A stretch of DNA of 64,000 nucleotides from Glaucostegus cemiculus. Its lineage: Eukaryota. Location of the stretch: assembly GCA_976551045.1 (NCBI GenBank), contig CDPCPM010000448.1, forward strand, positions 1,798,001 through 1,862,000, read 5' to 3'. The notes beneath the pieces are model-generated. The model was given only the letters and a program-made list of their open reading frames with translations. It had not been told where the DNA came from and searched no databases. How positions within the stretch are numbered: the stretch's first letter is position 1; every line of letters begins with the position of its first letter. The position numbers and the translations under genes were made by a program. This document shows, one piece after another, positions 1 to 12,891 of the stretch.

Positions 1-645
1 CATAACAGGTTGGTTAAAATTACGAGCTGAATGTTACACAAACCCCTCACATAGTCAGAATTGCAAGTTTTTATTTCTTGGGCTTTCATTAGCAGCCCAT
101 CAGTTGTCAGCTCTGAGATTTACTTTAACGTCAACATTTAAATTCATTAATTTACTTACCATATTTTGACAGGACTTCATGTAGTGTGTGAAATCAAAGC
201 GACAGTTTAAGTGATAATAAGCAACACCGCATGTTTTGAAGGAAGTAATTTAGCTCAATACTTACATTTTTTCATCTTCTGGAAATAATAGAAAATACAT
301 TGAGAAAGGTACTTTACAAGAAAGATATGACTGAAATACAATTAGTGACATACCAGTTCAGAAATCCAGGTTGTATCCAGCTCTCTTCACCTGCATTTCA
401 CAATGATTAACTTTCTGACCACAGCCCACAAGTTAGATAGCATACATGAGCGATCAACAGTGTTGATTAGTTGTTTATAATGGAGAACTTTACAGCTGGC
501 CTCATCCTTTGCACCCACCTAACTTACTGAATTTGTGGGCCACATGGGTTCAGACCAACAAGGGGCACATATGAAGCTTCAGTCCATATTCCAATTGATT
601 TGCAAGCTGATGATACAAACACATCATTTTGCTGTAAGCAACGCA

Positions 646-810
646 CAATCTGCTGGAGGAAATCAGCAGGTTGAGCAGCATCTGTAGGGAGGAAAGAAAT
701 TTCGATGTTTCAGGTCAAAACCCTGCATTAGGACCTGCTTAACCCGCTGAGTTCCTCCAGCAGATTGCTTGTTGCTCCAGATTCCAGCATCTGCAGTCTC
801 TTGTGTTTCC
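646..810. repeat. Palindromic short element, Penelope-like terminal-repeat derived, with degenerate hammerhead-like core
   Basis: Arms 646-678 and 735-767 are reverse complements (30/33 match). The loop on the minus strand reads CTAATGCAGGGTTTTGACCTGAAAC, resembling CUGAUGA...GAAA. Related copies occur at ~24571, 42966, 53010 and 57830. Confidence 0.6.
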
Positions 811-1859
811 ATGTTGCTGTAGTTTTGGATTTACTTTGTAACAGTGCTAAAAACTGCTCTAAACCTAGGTACTCAAAAATTAAACTGGACATACCAACAT
901 TATTCATCTTAGCTCAAAGAAGGCCAGGTACATAGAGGGTTACATTGACAGGTCCTGAGAAATGCAGGATATCATTGCTGGTCTTAACTGATGGCTGTTT
1001 TTCAGCAACAATCAACTGATCAGGAGCTGGTGCCTCAGACAATATTTCCCTGCTCCCAATACAATTGCAGTTACAGCCACAATCTATGCACCCCTCCCCT
1101 TGCCACTCATCCCATTCCCTGTGGAAATCAGCCAATTCACTACAGGCTCAAAGACTGACCTCGCAATCTGTTGTTTTTGTGGCTCAATTACACACTGGCA
1201 TTGATAGCTGAACCATCTGGGGAGCTCAACTGATCCATCTTAAAGATATTTTATTGCTGTCTCAGTGGTACAGCATCTTGACAGAAAGGGAAAACAAAGG
1301 GCAAAAGGCAAGATGTGTTCCAAATGGCTGGGAATACACAGCTCCCCTGGAAAATTAAAGTACCAAATATTAGAAGTGCTTCCAAGAGAAGAACAGTGCA
1401 CATAACGTAAAACATTTATATTATTAAAATATCACAGGTTAAGAGATCATATATAATATTAGAAGGTTTCAAACACAACCTATTAAAAATTATAATCATT
1501 GCACATTATATGACAGTCTGGTTAATTAATTTAAAAGGTCAAAATCATACTCTGATTTTGGCTTTATCACTATGTTCTTTCTTTCGATTATTCATAGATC
1601 CATTATCTTCCAATGTTATTCTGTGCTACTTGTTTATATTGCAAATTAGAATAAGGGCATTTGAAGAAAAAGACTTGGCACAAAACTCATGGTCGACTGG
1701 ACAAAAGTTATGCCTGCCTTCTTTGTGCTTCTGAATTTTGGACTACTTACAACAAGTATCTCTAGACAATGAAAAAACATCATCAATGCTCCCTCCACAA
1801 AATCCTCCAAATTCACTAAAAGCAAACCACTGACAGTGTCTCCTCCAGTCAACATCCCC

Positions 1860-2300
1860 AAAATCATCCTTAATTACTCTCAGTTGGCTATGTAGGGCTG
1901 GTCATGTCATTCTCAAGCCCAATACCAGACAAACGAATCAAACATCCTGTTCTGAACTCTGTCATGGGAGGAGCTAATCAGGAGGACAGAGAAAAGTATT
2001 CAAGGATGCATACAAAGCTTCCATGAAGATGTGCAGCATCCACTCTGACTCCTGGGAAGCTCAGGCTCTTCAAAGTGGAGAAGGAGCATTTTGGATGGTA
2101 TTGAGAATCTCAAGGAGACACAAAAGCCCTGCATAGGCAGCAGAAGGAGCGCACCACCTTAGAAACTACCCACCCACTGTCCGATTTCCGAAAGCGTCTG
2201 CAGTTCCCTCATTGGCCTTATTAGCTACCTCAGAATCCACAAAACTGGAGTCAAATGGAAGCAAGTCATCCTTGATCCTGAGAGGCTGCTTAAGGAGGAG
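1860..2300 (+). mobile_element. Decayed RTE-clade (BovB/Expander-like) LINE 3' fragment
   Basis: Broken translation resembles the RTE C-terminus (AGHV...SEL..G.....GGQRK.FKD..K.S.K.C.I....WE..A). A related copy lies at ~51160-51530. Confidence 0.6.
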
Positions 2301-2329
2301 ATCTCTCTCAGATACACTAATGTGTGTGC

Positions 2330-2715
2330 AGCTATCATAGGAGTGAACGAGTGTACAGTACAACCTAGACTAGGCTGCCAAATCTAGGCTGACACTCCAA
2401 TGTTGTACACTGCCATACTAGTGGAATTAATGCCTTTCAAATCAATAATAAATTGATGCCCTGCTTATTCTCCCAGGTGAATATGAAAGATTCCATGGCC
2501 ACTGCTTTATAGGAGAGAAGGGAGATTCTCACTGGTGGTCTCATGCCAACATTTATCTTTTCAATCCACATCACAATGATGTTAGTGGAACCTCAATGTT
2601 TGTAAATAAGCTGCTGCATTTCATAAATTACAACAAAAACTAGAACTGTCTTACTAGATGGAAGCAACTTGGATATATCTTGCAGTCATAAAAGTTCCTT
2701 TGTGAAACCAAGTCA
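2330..2715 (+). mobile_element. DeuSINE (SacSINE1/AmnSINE1-like) remnant
   Basis: Contains AATCTAGGCTGACACTCCA ... CAGGTGAATATGAAAGATTCCATGGC ... GCCAACATTTATC ... GCTGCTGCATTTC, matching my recollection of the Deu domain. Confidence 0.6.
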
Positions 2716-2954
2716 TCCTTATCTTTTAGGAATCTCCCTCACAAATCCATTCTCCAACCATTGATTCCATCCCTTTCACTAGCAACATTCTAAAACTGAA
2801 ACAACTTCGGTGTCATATTTGACCAAGAGAAAATCTACAGACCAGGTCCCCATGCCATCATTTGGACTGCATCCTTTCACTTCTGGAACAATTTCCACTT
2901 CCACCCCTGTCTTTATTCATGTCACTTCTGTTCTTTTGCCACTCTCTCTTTCAG

Positions 2955-3760
2955 AAGAAGAATCAGAAGAATTAGAATCAAGTTTATTATCACTGACTTA
3001 TATGCCATGAAATTTGTTGTTTTGCAGCAGCAATGCAGTGCAAATAAATAAAAATTACAAAATAAATAGTGCAAAAAAAAAGGAATAATGGGGTAGTGAT
3101 TGTTTGTTTAGAAATCTGATGGCAGAGGGATTGAAGCTGTTCCTAAATCATTGAGTGTGGGTCTTCAGACTCCTGTAGCTCCTCCCCAGTGGTAGTAACA
3201 AGGAGAGGGCATGTCCCGGATAGTGAGGGTCCTTAGTGATGGATGCCACCTTCTTGAGGCACCGCATCTTGAAGATCTCCTTGATGGTGGGGAGGGTTGT
3301 GCCTGTGATGGAACTGGCTGAGTCTACAACCCTCTACAGCCTCTTGCGATCCTGTGCATTGGAGCCTCCATACCGGGCTGTGATGCAACCAGTCAGAATG
3401 CTCTCCACCATACACCTATAGAAATTTGCAAGAGTCCTTGGTGACATACCAAATCACCTCAAACTCATAACAAAGTAGAGTGCTGGCATGCGTTGGGCCC
3501 AGGACAGACTCTCTGCGATGTTGTTGCCAAGGAACAACATCTCAGAGCTGCTCACCCTTTTCACCACTGACCCCTCAATGAGGACTGGTCTGTGTTCTCC
3601 TGACTTCCCATACTTAAAGTCCACATTCAGTTCCTTGGTCTTGCTGACATTGAGTGCAAGGTTGTTGTTGTGACACCACTCAACCAGCTGAACTCTCTCA
3701 CTCCTGTATGCCTCCTCAGAGATTTTACCAACAATAGTGGTGTTAATGCTCTTAATCTGA
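2955..3760 (-). mobile_element. Rex1/Babar LINE, 5'-truncated and decayed
   Basis: ORF 3454-3900(-) contains TTIVGKISEEAYRSE..QLVEWCHNNNLALNVSKTKEL.VDF and FLG..I...LSW, typical of the Rex1/Babar RT C-terminus. Short-repeat tail at ~2955-2985. Confidence 0.8.
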
Positions 3761-6700
3761 GTTCTGTTATTAACCAGCAATGCACGATGAGCCTCAAATC
3801 CAGCAGAGCTGGCATTACAATGATATGCCACCAGGTTCAAAAGACTAGCAGAATACATTGATATTCCACTCCTAGTGGCAGAGAAGATCACCAATGCCAA
3901 AGTCTACCTGAGCATCACCAAGAATACAAGTCTGTGCTCACCAAAGTTCCGTTAATTGCCCTCAAAACTAAAGCCATGTTTCACTATGCACTTACAACGT
4001 AAACAGGACTTTAATGATCAAGTCAGTGAACCAATTTCTGATAAAACAATAATGCCACTGTTTGGTTTAACGGTCATCACGGTCAAGATGAGTTAAAACA
4101 AAGAACATTGTAAATCTAGCAAAATTGACCATGTTTCTATGCAAATCCTAATGAAAATAGAGGATCATTCACTAAGAAATGAGGTTGAGATTGCATTTTA
4201 AATCCTTCTCACTCAATTCTCCAAAAGGGGTTGGCACTTCTCAAAAGTTAGAAGGTATGTTTTGACGACTTAAGTTAATAAGTGTGAACAAGGAACATTG
4301 CCCACTGTGAATCCACTTGGGAAAAAGAAAAATTAACAAGTTTGGAGGAGAATAGAAAGCAGTTCAACTCCGAGGCCACTTACTAATAATTAATGATTTG
4401 TATTGAAGAATAGCTACATCATTAACAAAAGTTGATGATATCAAAACTAAGTAACAAGATAACCAAAGAAGAATACAACTTCAGTACGATGCAATTGAAA
4501 AACTGATTTTCAGAGTGAAGCACAACAACAATCATTTTATTCACCTGTTTTCATCACACTGAATTGATTCACCTGTGCCCTTGATGAAACAACTGTCAGT
4601 TGCGCAACAGATGATGTCATCCCCATTGTGGAACACTGGGATGGAACCTAGATCACACTGTCCAGGAAGTATCCATCATCAGGCAAACATGAGAAAACTA
4701 GGTTTTAATACTAAAGTGCCTGTTTTGACTCCTGTAAGGTAAGCCATATAAATAATCCACCAACCAACATAACATTAACATCACCACGGCCCACAGATTT
4801 GCTTCTGACCATTCTAATGTCCAGGGTCTGTGCTCCCCAATCCACCAATATAAGCAAACCTTCTAATTCACTGAGCCCCCAATATTCCTGATCCTACTAA
4901 CCTCAGGTGCCAATCCTCAGCCCATGACGAGTATAGTAACCCATTTCCGAGCTGTGAGTTCCATGCAACTATGTAAAATCTGCTATTATTTACACATCAT
5001 TAATGTATGAATGATTAAATATGCATCACACATCATCCCTTTAAAAAATTATGCTGTAAAAGACTGAAAAATAGAAGTTGCCAATTGTTTTTTATAAATC
5101 CGGCTTTCCAAATTTAAAGAAGATAGTGACACATATAAACCTAGCTTGTGTTTGGCACTGAATTTCTTCTACTTTCAAGAAGTGTACAAGCAATCTATAA
5201 ATGGAAATATAAGTTTTGTTGATTTTATTTTTGAAAACAACATCTTAATGCACAAGTAATTTACTATGCAGCCAGGTCAAGCTGTAGGATTAATTAAATT
5301 TCTGTTCTGCAAAGAGCATAGGATCTTTATTTTAACATTGTAATCAGGTTTTTTTTAAAAATGATTTTCCTCCCAGGTCCTCCACAGGTTACGAATGCCC
5401 AACTTGTGTACAGTCCACACATAAGGACGAGCTATTGGGAGACCCACAAGATGGATTTGCCAGCTGCTGGGGGGCTGTAGGAATCTTTTGCCATGTGGGA
5501 ACTCGGTTCATGGCAATATCTGAATGGTTGAGTTAAAAGCCTTGGTTTAACTACTCTTAGCCCTTAGTTGCCCGTAGGTTTTTATTTCAATATATTGCCG
5601 CATTTCCAACTTGCAAACTGTTTGGTTACGAGGGAGGACCTGTATGCTCCAGAGGCCTTCAGAGAAGACTGATCCAACACAACAGTGGCTTGCTTTTAGT
5701 AAAGGATGGGTTGGTGCCATATTGGGTGCTTAGCATATATTTTATACCTGTAAAACAATCACATCACAATCAAATTTCTTGATCAGAATTTGTTTGGAGA
5801 GACAAAGACACACTCTCCTCATCCACAAACGTATTTTAATTCCACTGAAGACAAGACGGAGATTTGAACTCACTACTTTTATACTTAACAAGTCCAATCG
5901 AGTCAAGTGCCCCACTGCTACTGACAATCCATGTTATGCTGGAAAGTGCAAATGTTGGCCTGATTGTTTTCCATAGCTGAACACTCGAGGAACGTTACAA
6001 AGCTTTGCAAATTCACACACCAATTGTGATTCAGGAGAAAGTGTAACCTTAGAAGATAACAAAATGTTGCTTGTTAATTGACTAAATAACGCATTTTCAG
6101 TCTAGAGACCTCTGAATGTGATTCAGAATGCCTCACCCAGATGCCTCTGGGCTTTAAATGGTGTTAACTAATCACATCTTTAACATCAGCACCAAAGTAA
6201 TTTGTCTGTTGTAACAAGTTTAACAGTTATAACAGTTTACAGTATGTTGCCATTTACTATAGTTAAAAAAATTACTTACTTCATCTCTCTTGTTGCCTCA
6301 GTTATTTTCCTGAATCTTGCTGGGGCTTTTCACCTTGATTTGTCAATAATGGTGCTTCCAAGCGTGATAACATCACCACTTTCAATCTTATTGAAGAAGA
6401 CCTTGAGTTGTTAATTTCAGTGGAAGGAAATTTATTTGTAATTTTCAAAAAGACATGGAATATTCAGATGAAGAGGAAAAAATTGCAGAGCTATAGGGAA
6501 AGAGGAGCAAAAAGGACTATTTGGTCAGCTCTTTCCTAGAGCTGTTAAGGACTTGATAGGCTGAATAACCTCCTCCTGTAATGTAAGATTCTCGAAATCT
6601 ATCTCAAAAATCATAAATCCACAACCCACCAGCCCCTGCCTCAAGTCTCTACCAAGGTAAAGCTTCCCATTCTGATTACTTCTCCATCCAGCACTTGAAG

Positions 6701-7239
6701 CATGGCAGGGACTGTTTAATTCAGGCTTTTAGATTAAACTCAGGAGTACACAACCAACATTTACTTCAGCATCACTTCAAACTGGTGACTTCTAAAATCA
6801 TAGTATCCTTTGGTATATTGTGCAACAGTTTTGCATTTTCGTGTGGATTAGTAGAAATGCCACTTCAAGATATCAGCCCATAAAGTGATGAGTTATACTT
6901 CCTATCCTACTAATCCAGCTGGATTTACCAGTAAACCCATTTATAAAATCTGTTTGAAAACTTATAATGGGATATAAAATTGAAGTTGATTTTCAGATAT
7001 TATATCCCAGGGAATTAGTTCACAGCTGGAAATAGAAGGAACAATTTACATATATACAGCCACTTTTATGATCTTGGGAAATTCCAAAAAGCTTTTGAAG
7101 AGTAGTCACTGATGTGATGTTTGGAAAGCATAATAGTTGAATATTTAATTATTAAAATAAAGCAATTACATTGGCTTTGTCCTGAACCTCTAACAGGCAG
7201 GTGCATGAGTTACAATAGGAATACGGGACTTTAATAAAC

Positions 7240-7779
7240 AGATTTTAAGGATGAAAAGATGATTCCTGGGATGAAAAGCCTTACATATGATGAGCGACTG
7301 TTGGCACTTGGACTGTACTCGTTGGAGTACAGGAGAATTAGAGGCGACCTAATAGAAAAGTATAAGATGTTGAAAGGAATGGACAAAGTGAATGTGGTCA
7401 AGCTGTTTCCCTTGGTGGGGGAGTCCAGGACTAGAGGGCACAACCTTAGAATTAGAGGAAGTAGGTTCAAAACAGAGATAAGGAGGAATTTCTTTAGCCA
7501 GAGGGTGGTGAACCTGTGGAACTCCTTACCACAGATAGCAGTGGGGGCCAGATCATTGGGGATATTCAAGAAGGAAATAGATAGATATCTAATTGGTTGA
7601 GGTATCAAGGGGTATGGAGATAAGGCGGGAATTTGGAGTTAGAATAGTTTTTTTTTATCATTCTTTTTCATCCTCTTTTTCCCTCTTGTTTCCCCACCCC
7701 CCCTTCCCTTTGGAGCAGACTCGATGGGCCGAGTGGCCTGCTTCTGCTCCATTATCTTGTGATCTTGTGATCTTGTGAT
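7240..7779 (+). mobile_element. CR1 LINE 3' fragment (subfamily distinct from the full-length copy)
   Basis: ORF 7259-7600 reads YDERLLALGLYSLEYRRIRGDLIE...TRGHNLR...RRNFFSQRVVNLWNSLP. 3' motif GATGGGCCGAGTGGCCT and tail (GATCTTGT)n. Confidence 0.92.
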
Positions 7780-8214
7780 ACAGTGGGGAAAAGTAAAATT
7801 CAGCAGAATGAAGCTTAAAGATTTTCAAGTTCCATTATTTATCAATTTGTGTTTGGTTTTCACATTCAGAAAATAATCATCAAAATCCTTGCCACTTTAA
7901 TTCTGAGGCATAGAATTATAGGATGAGATTTTCCATCTTGGATCATAAAAAAATATATTAGCCCATGAATTAAAAAGCAACAGTCCAGTTAATGAGCTCA
8001 GAGAACAATGCAAATTGTACAAGCTTGTATTTGCCATCAGAATAATAAAACATGGGTAAATTTGCTTTGCAATTGCTGTCCATACTAGTGTAAAACTGCA
8101 CCTATACTGTCAATTGGAGTTGCCATGTGGCACATTTACATAAAATTTCATTACTCAGAATTTAGAGCAGAAGAATTGGCTATTTTACCCAAATGGTCGA
8201 CACTGGTGCTTATG

Positions 8215-9830
8215 TGCTACATGAGCTCCTCCCAGCGCCTCATGCTTGCTCCATCATTAAGATCATGGTTTATCCTCCACCTCAGCAAATACCGCACCAA
8301 TTCTCCATCATTCTGATTTCCTCACTGCTCAAAAGTCAATTGATCACAGCTGTAAATACACTCAATGGCTGAGCATTCACAGCCCTCTGGGGTGAGAACT
8401 CTAAAGATTTACAAACCACTGAGTGAGAAAATTCCTTCTCATCTTCGTCTTAAATAAACAAAACCCTAACCCAAGGCCATGGCCCAAGAACTAGACTCTT
8501 CAGTCAAAGGAAATTGCCTCCTAACATCTTCTTTATCAATCTTGATACAGGTCGATCCTATTCAATATCAGCTCATAAGGCAACACCTTCACCTCAGGAA
8601 TCAAGTAATGAATTATGCTGCACTCCTTTCAAGGGAAACATATTCTCTTTTGTGGATTGGGGCCAAAATTGCAGACTGTGCTCCAAGTGTAGTCTCAAAG
8701 TTCTGAAGGGATGTTGATTGACTTTCTCACTTTTGTTTATCAGCTCTATGCAAGAAAGGTCATCATAACATTTTCTTTCATAGTTGCTTGCAGTACTTGT
8801 AAATTAACTTCCTTTTACACATCAGCAATCCCATATCCCTCTTTGCATCACTATTAACAAAGAGAAAATACTGGCAAACATAATGTTCCTGCTTATCAGA
8901 AAATCCCTCTTTGCATCACTATATTCTCACCATTTAAAAAAATGTTCTTTACTACCAAATTGAATTACCCTCATATTTTCCCTACATTACATTCACCTGC
9001 CCGGTTATTTAACCTGTCCATAGTCCTTTGCGGAAACTTGGCATATCATACATCACTTTCTCACCTAGTTTGTAGCGTTAGCAAACTTAGTTACATTACA
9101 ATCTGTCCTTTTATTCAAGTCAGAAATTTAGATTGCAAATAGGTGGGAGCCCAGCATTGATCCTTGTAGCATCCCAGGAGTAGGAGCCTGCCAATCAGAA
9201 AATTACTCATTTGTTTTTAATCTCTATTATCTGCCCTTTAACCAATCACATTTTGTGACAGTGTTACCACTAAGCATTCACGTTTTCATTGTAACAGCAA
9301 TATTTTTTATTAAATACCTTTCTAAAACTCAGATATACTACATCCACTGGATCCCTCTACATCCCCTCAAGATATGTGAAACATAATTTGTCTTTCGTAA
9401 AACCATATTGATTCTGCCGAATCAAATTATGGTTTCCTATGTGCTATGTTCTTCAAAATGGATTCCAGAAGTCTCCTGACAACTGGCATTAGGCTCATTG
9501 GCTTGTGGTTTTGCAGTTGTTTTCTCTCTCTCCTTTTTGTTCTTTGTCAGTGCTGTTACATTTGCTGCCAGCCAAACCACCAGGAACCTTCCAATGGCTA
9601 GAGAATTCTGCAGATGATCACTAATGTATCTACTACTGCTGCAGCCACCTCTTTTAGAACCCAAAGATGACGGGGAATTATTGACTTTTAGTTCCCTTTA
9701 TGTTCTCCAGTATTTTGTCTTTGCTAATATGAATTACTTCAGGTTCTTACTCTCATTAGCCCCTGGGCTTTTCATTAATTTCCAGCAGATTCTTTTGGTG
9801 AAGTACGTTTTATATCTCCCATTGGATTTA
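8215..9830 (-). mobile_element. Old, heavily decayed CR1 LINE
   Basis: Colinear degenerate similarity to the minus-strand CR1 at 19090-20940 (3' UTR, RT-region and V.LTG-region remnants). No intact ORF. Confidence 0.65.
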
Positions 9831-11662
9831 TTGGTGCCTGGTAATCATGAAATATAGATCTAGACCATCAAAAAGTTAAAATATCTTTATTTAATGATGT
9901 AGGAATTCACGTTAATTCAAATCCAATATAGGGTGTGCAGCAGTGTCAGATCTTTCTCCTCCAACAATTTATACCACTTGTTCCTTTACATCCTTCTCTG
10001 TGACTTCTCCGATATAGCTGACTCACCAATACGTCGCTGAAGTTGTCACTCCTCAAGTCCAAGAATGGGGAGTGAGAATTTAAGGGTACATTCAATCATA
10101 GGAGTTATAACACCCAGATCAAATCCTGTTCTTACCCAACATCTACATACTTTTATATTCACTAAGAGTCATTACCTAGTAATTAAGTAGAGGAAATCTT
10201 GCCATTTTGATGAAGTAGCTTGTTGTGAAACATGATTCAGAATTGACAGAATTCAGAAGGTAATGGAACAATTTCTACTGTCAACCCACAATTGCTTCAG
10301 CTGCATTTTCACGGGCTCACTTGGTATGCAGCTATAAATGTCAACCTTGAAAATCTGCAAAATTTGACATCTCTAATCACGCCAGACAACTTCAAGTGGC
10401 TCTGAACGTAGAACTATGATAATGTTTTAGGCTGCTGGAATTTTGACTAGTGTTTTGGAAATCACATTTCACAAGTCAATCCACTTTGCTGTGAAAATCA
10501 AAGTCCATAGGGTAGTGCAAGATGTCTGAAACTGGTAATTAATCTGAGAATGTGCGATTGTCATCAGCTGCAGTTATGCACAATGTTCCGTCAATTGTAA
10601 TATAAAAATAAATTAGGCACACAGAAGTGTTATTTTTGCAGCAGTAGATTTAGAAATTATTGAACACAAAACATGCTCCCCAGAAAACTTACTTCTTTAT
10701 TTGTCCATGATTCAAACTTTGAAACTAATAACTCATGCCAAAACAGTTACAAACAATTAAATTATTTTAAAATAGTAGTTGATGCAAGTTACAGATAACT
10801 TTTATATCATTAGATAGCAATAAGTACACAAAAAGCCACAACAGGGCTGTTAATTCCAGCATTGCAAAAGGGTGAAATGCTGCAAATGTGCAAGTTTCAG
10901 ACAGGGTTTCTGGTCCAAGCCTGGGAATTGCAAGGCATGATCTTTAATGCATCCTTTATGCCACAGAATTGACAGCCAATCTGCCAGTCCGAACCAGTAC
11001 AATGACCCATAATGGGGAACCACAGGCTGTTGTTTGCAGATTCCATTATGGTGACTATTCAGGGTTGATCAAGAGACCAGGCTCTGTGGGGGACAAATAT
11101 CTCGGAGGATTACATGGCTGGAGGAGATAACAGAGATGGATAGGGGTGGAGTGACCATGAGAGATGAAAATTTTTAGATGAAGTAAGTCAACAAGCAATG
11201 ATGGGTGAATGAAATAGAAATCAAACAGCAGAGTTATGGATGACATACCTGCAGAGAATACACAAGAAAGACCAGTATGGGACCACAGAAATATCCAAAT
11301 CTGGAAGAAGGAGTCAGCTACAGATTAATTGAGGTGAGGGTAGAGATGGGTGATGTTACAGGGTTGAAAATCAGAGTAATGGCATGGAAATGTGATATGA
11401 AGCTCATTTTGGAACAGAGAGGCAGTAAATGGAATGATTCCATTTCAGACAGTTGCTGCAGAGAGAAGTGGAGTTGGTGGCTCAGAAACAGATTGTGATG
11501 GGAACCATAGGTTCTGACTTAAGCCTTTGCCATAATTAATGAGGAAATTGTTCATCTTATGAGTGTCTCATCTGGAGAACATCCTGGGAAAAATAAATGT
11601 CAAATTCTTCAGATGAAAGATATATTTTTAACGATTAGTCATCACAAAAGCTTCAATTAAAT

Positions 11663-11955
11663 AGTAAATTGGTAAATTGGTTTATTATTGTCACATGTAC
11701 CGAGGTACAGTGAAAATCTTTATTTTGCATGCCATCCATACAGATCATTTCATCACATCAGTGCATTGAAGTTGCACAAGAGAAAATAACAGAATGCAGA
11801 ATAAAGTGTTACAGTTACAAAGGAAGCGCAGTGAGGCAGACAATAGGGTGCAAGGGCCATTATGAGGTTAACTGTGAGGTCAAGAGTCCATCTTTTCATA
11901 CTAGGGGATTGTTCAATAGTCTTATAACAGTAGGTTAGAAGTGGGATATAAACTG
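11663..11955 (-). mobile_element. Rex1/Babar LINE 3' UTR fragment
   Basis: GTAAATTGGTAAATTGGTTTATTATTGTCACATGTACCGAGGTACAGTGAAAA is the reverse complement of the tails at ~44000 and ~61040. Colinear with 40185-40450. Confidence 0.75.
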
Positions 11956-12762
11956 TGTTACGAAACCAGCAACAAAAGAAGCACACCAAGTCATACTTCA
12001 GTGTGAAAACTAATTTATTAGTAACTACTTCCGATAATATGTAAAATAAGAACAAAAAGTTAGTATATTAGTGCAAAACAAAATATTAGAATCTTAAACT
12101 ATAACCCCAAAACTACTTGTCGTGTGTGCGTGTCGAAATCCTAAACTCAAAGTCCAGTAATTAGTTCTTAAAATTCAGTTCAATAAGCCATAAGATGAAA
12201 CACGAATAAAGGCTTCTTCACAAGCATCGTCCACCGAAGACAAAACATAGATATAGAGAGAGATTAGAGAGGAATCACGAAATCCGAATGTTCCACTCGA
12301 AACTCAGACGACACTTCAGGGCTAACTCGGTAGTGACTTTCTCACCCCGAAAACTCCTTGATAGTGACTGTCCACGCAAATACCTGCATTCTTCTACAGG
12401 TTAGCAGCAAAGTGAATTCCGTCACTTTGTTCTACAGTATCTGACACTCTGAAGAGCATCTCAAAATGTGGTTGTCCATGCAAACACCTGTGTCCTTCTA
12501 CAGGTTACCGACAAAGTGAACTCCACTGGACTACTCCAGAAATCCATCCACGGATTTTAGTGACAAACACAGTTACTGTCCTTCATCCATCGACAGAAAC
12601 AAAACAGGCTGCCATCTCTCCTTCTTCTCTCTCTCCTATCTTTTTCTTTCTTGTAATGACCTCATCACGTTAGTCTTATCTTCTGTTGACGTAATACGTT
12701 GCACACACACACAATGTCCCATCTTAAAGGGATATTTGCCTATAGTAAGCTACTTTGTAACA
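11956..12762 (-). repeat. 3' LTR (807 bp)
   Basis: TGTTACGAA...TTTGTAACA inverted termini. Direct repeat of 17922-18733. AATAAA on the minus strand at 12014-12019. Confidence 0.97.
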
Positions 12763-12775
12763 CCTCCCACACAAA
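12763..12775 (-). promoter_or_regulatory. Polypurine tract (PPT)
   Basis: Minus strand ...GTGTGGGAGG directly abuts the TG of the 3' LTR. Confidence 0.7.
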
Positions 12776-12891
12776 CAGAACATTTTTCCCCCCCAAAAAA
12801 ATTATTACCCGCGCATATAGTTAGTGATGTTAATAGTTATCATCCTACATAGTAACAGTATATCAAATTAGTAACAATATAGGTCTTTCAC

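Noticed and set aside
160-278. Minus-strand acceptor (tttccag at 279) with donors GTAAGT after 266 and 160, giving a 13-nt or 119-nt exon close to the expected size of the next MACROD exon
   Set aside because: It does not encode DGCIHRAAG. The phase-1 reading hits a stop (DEKM*) and both lengths shift frame. At most a cryptic exon.
914-1135. Cys-rich 73-aa ORF
   Set aside because: Non-ATG start, no recognisable domain and no splice support.
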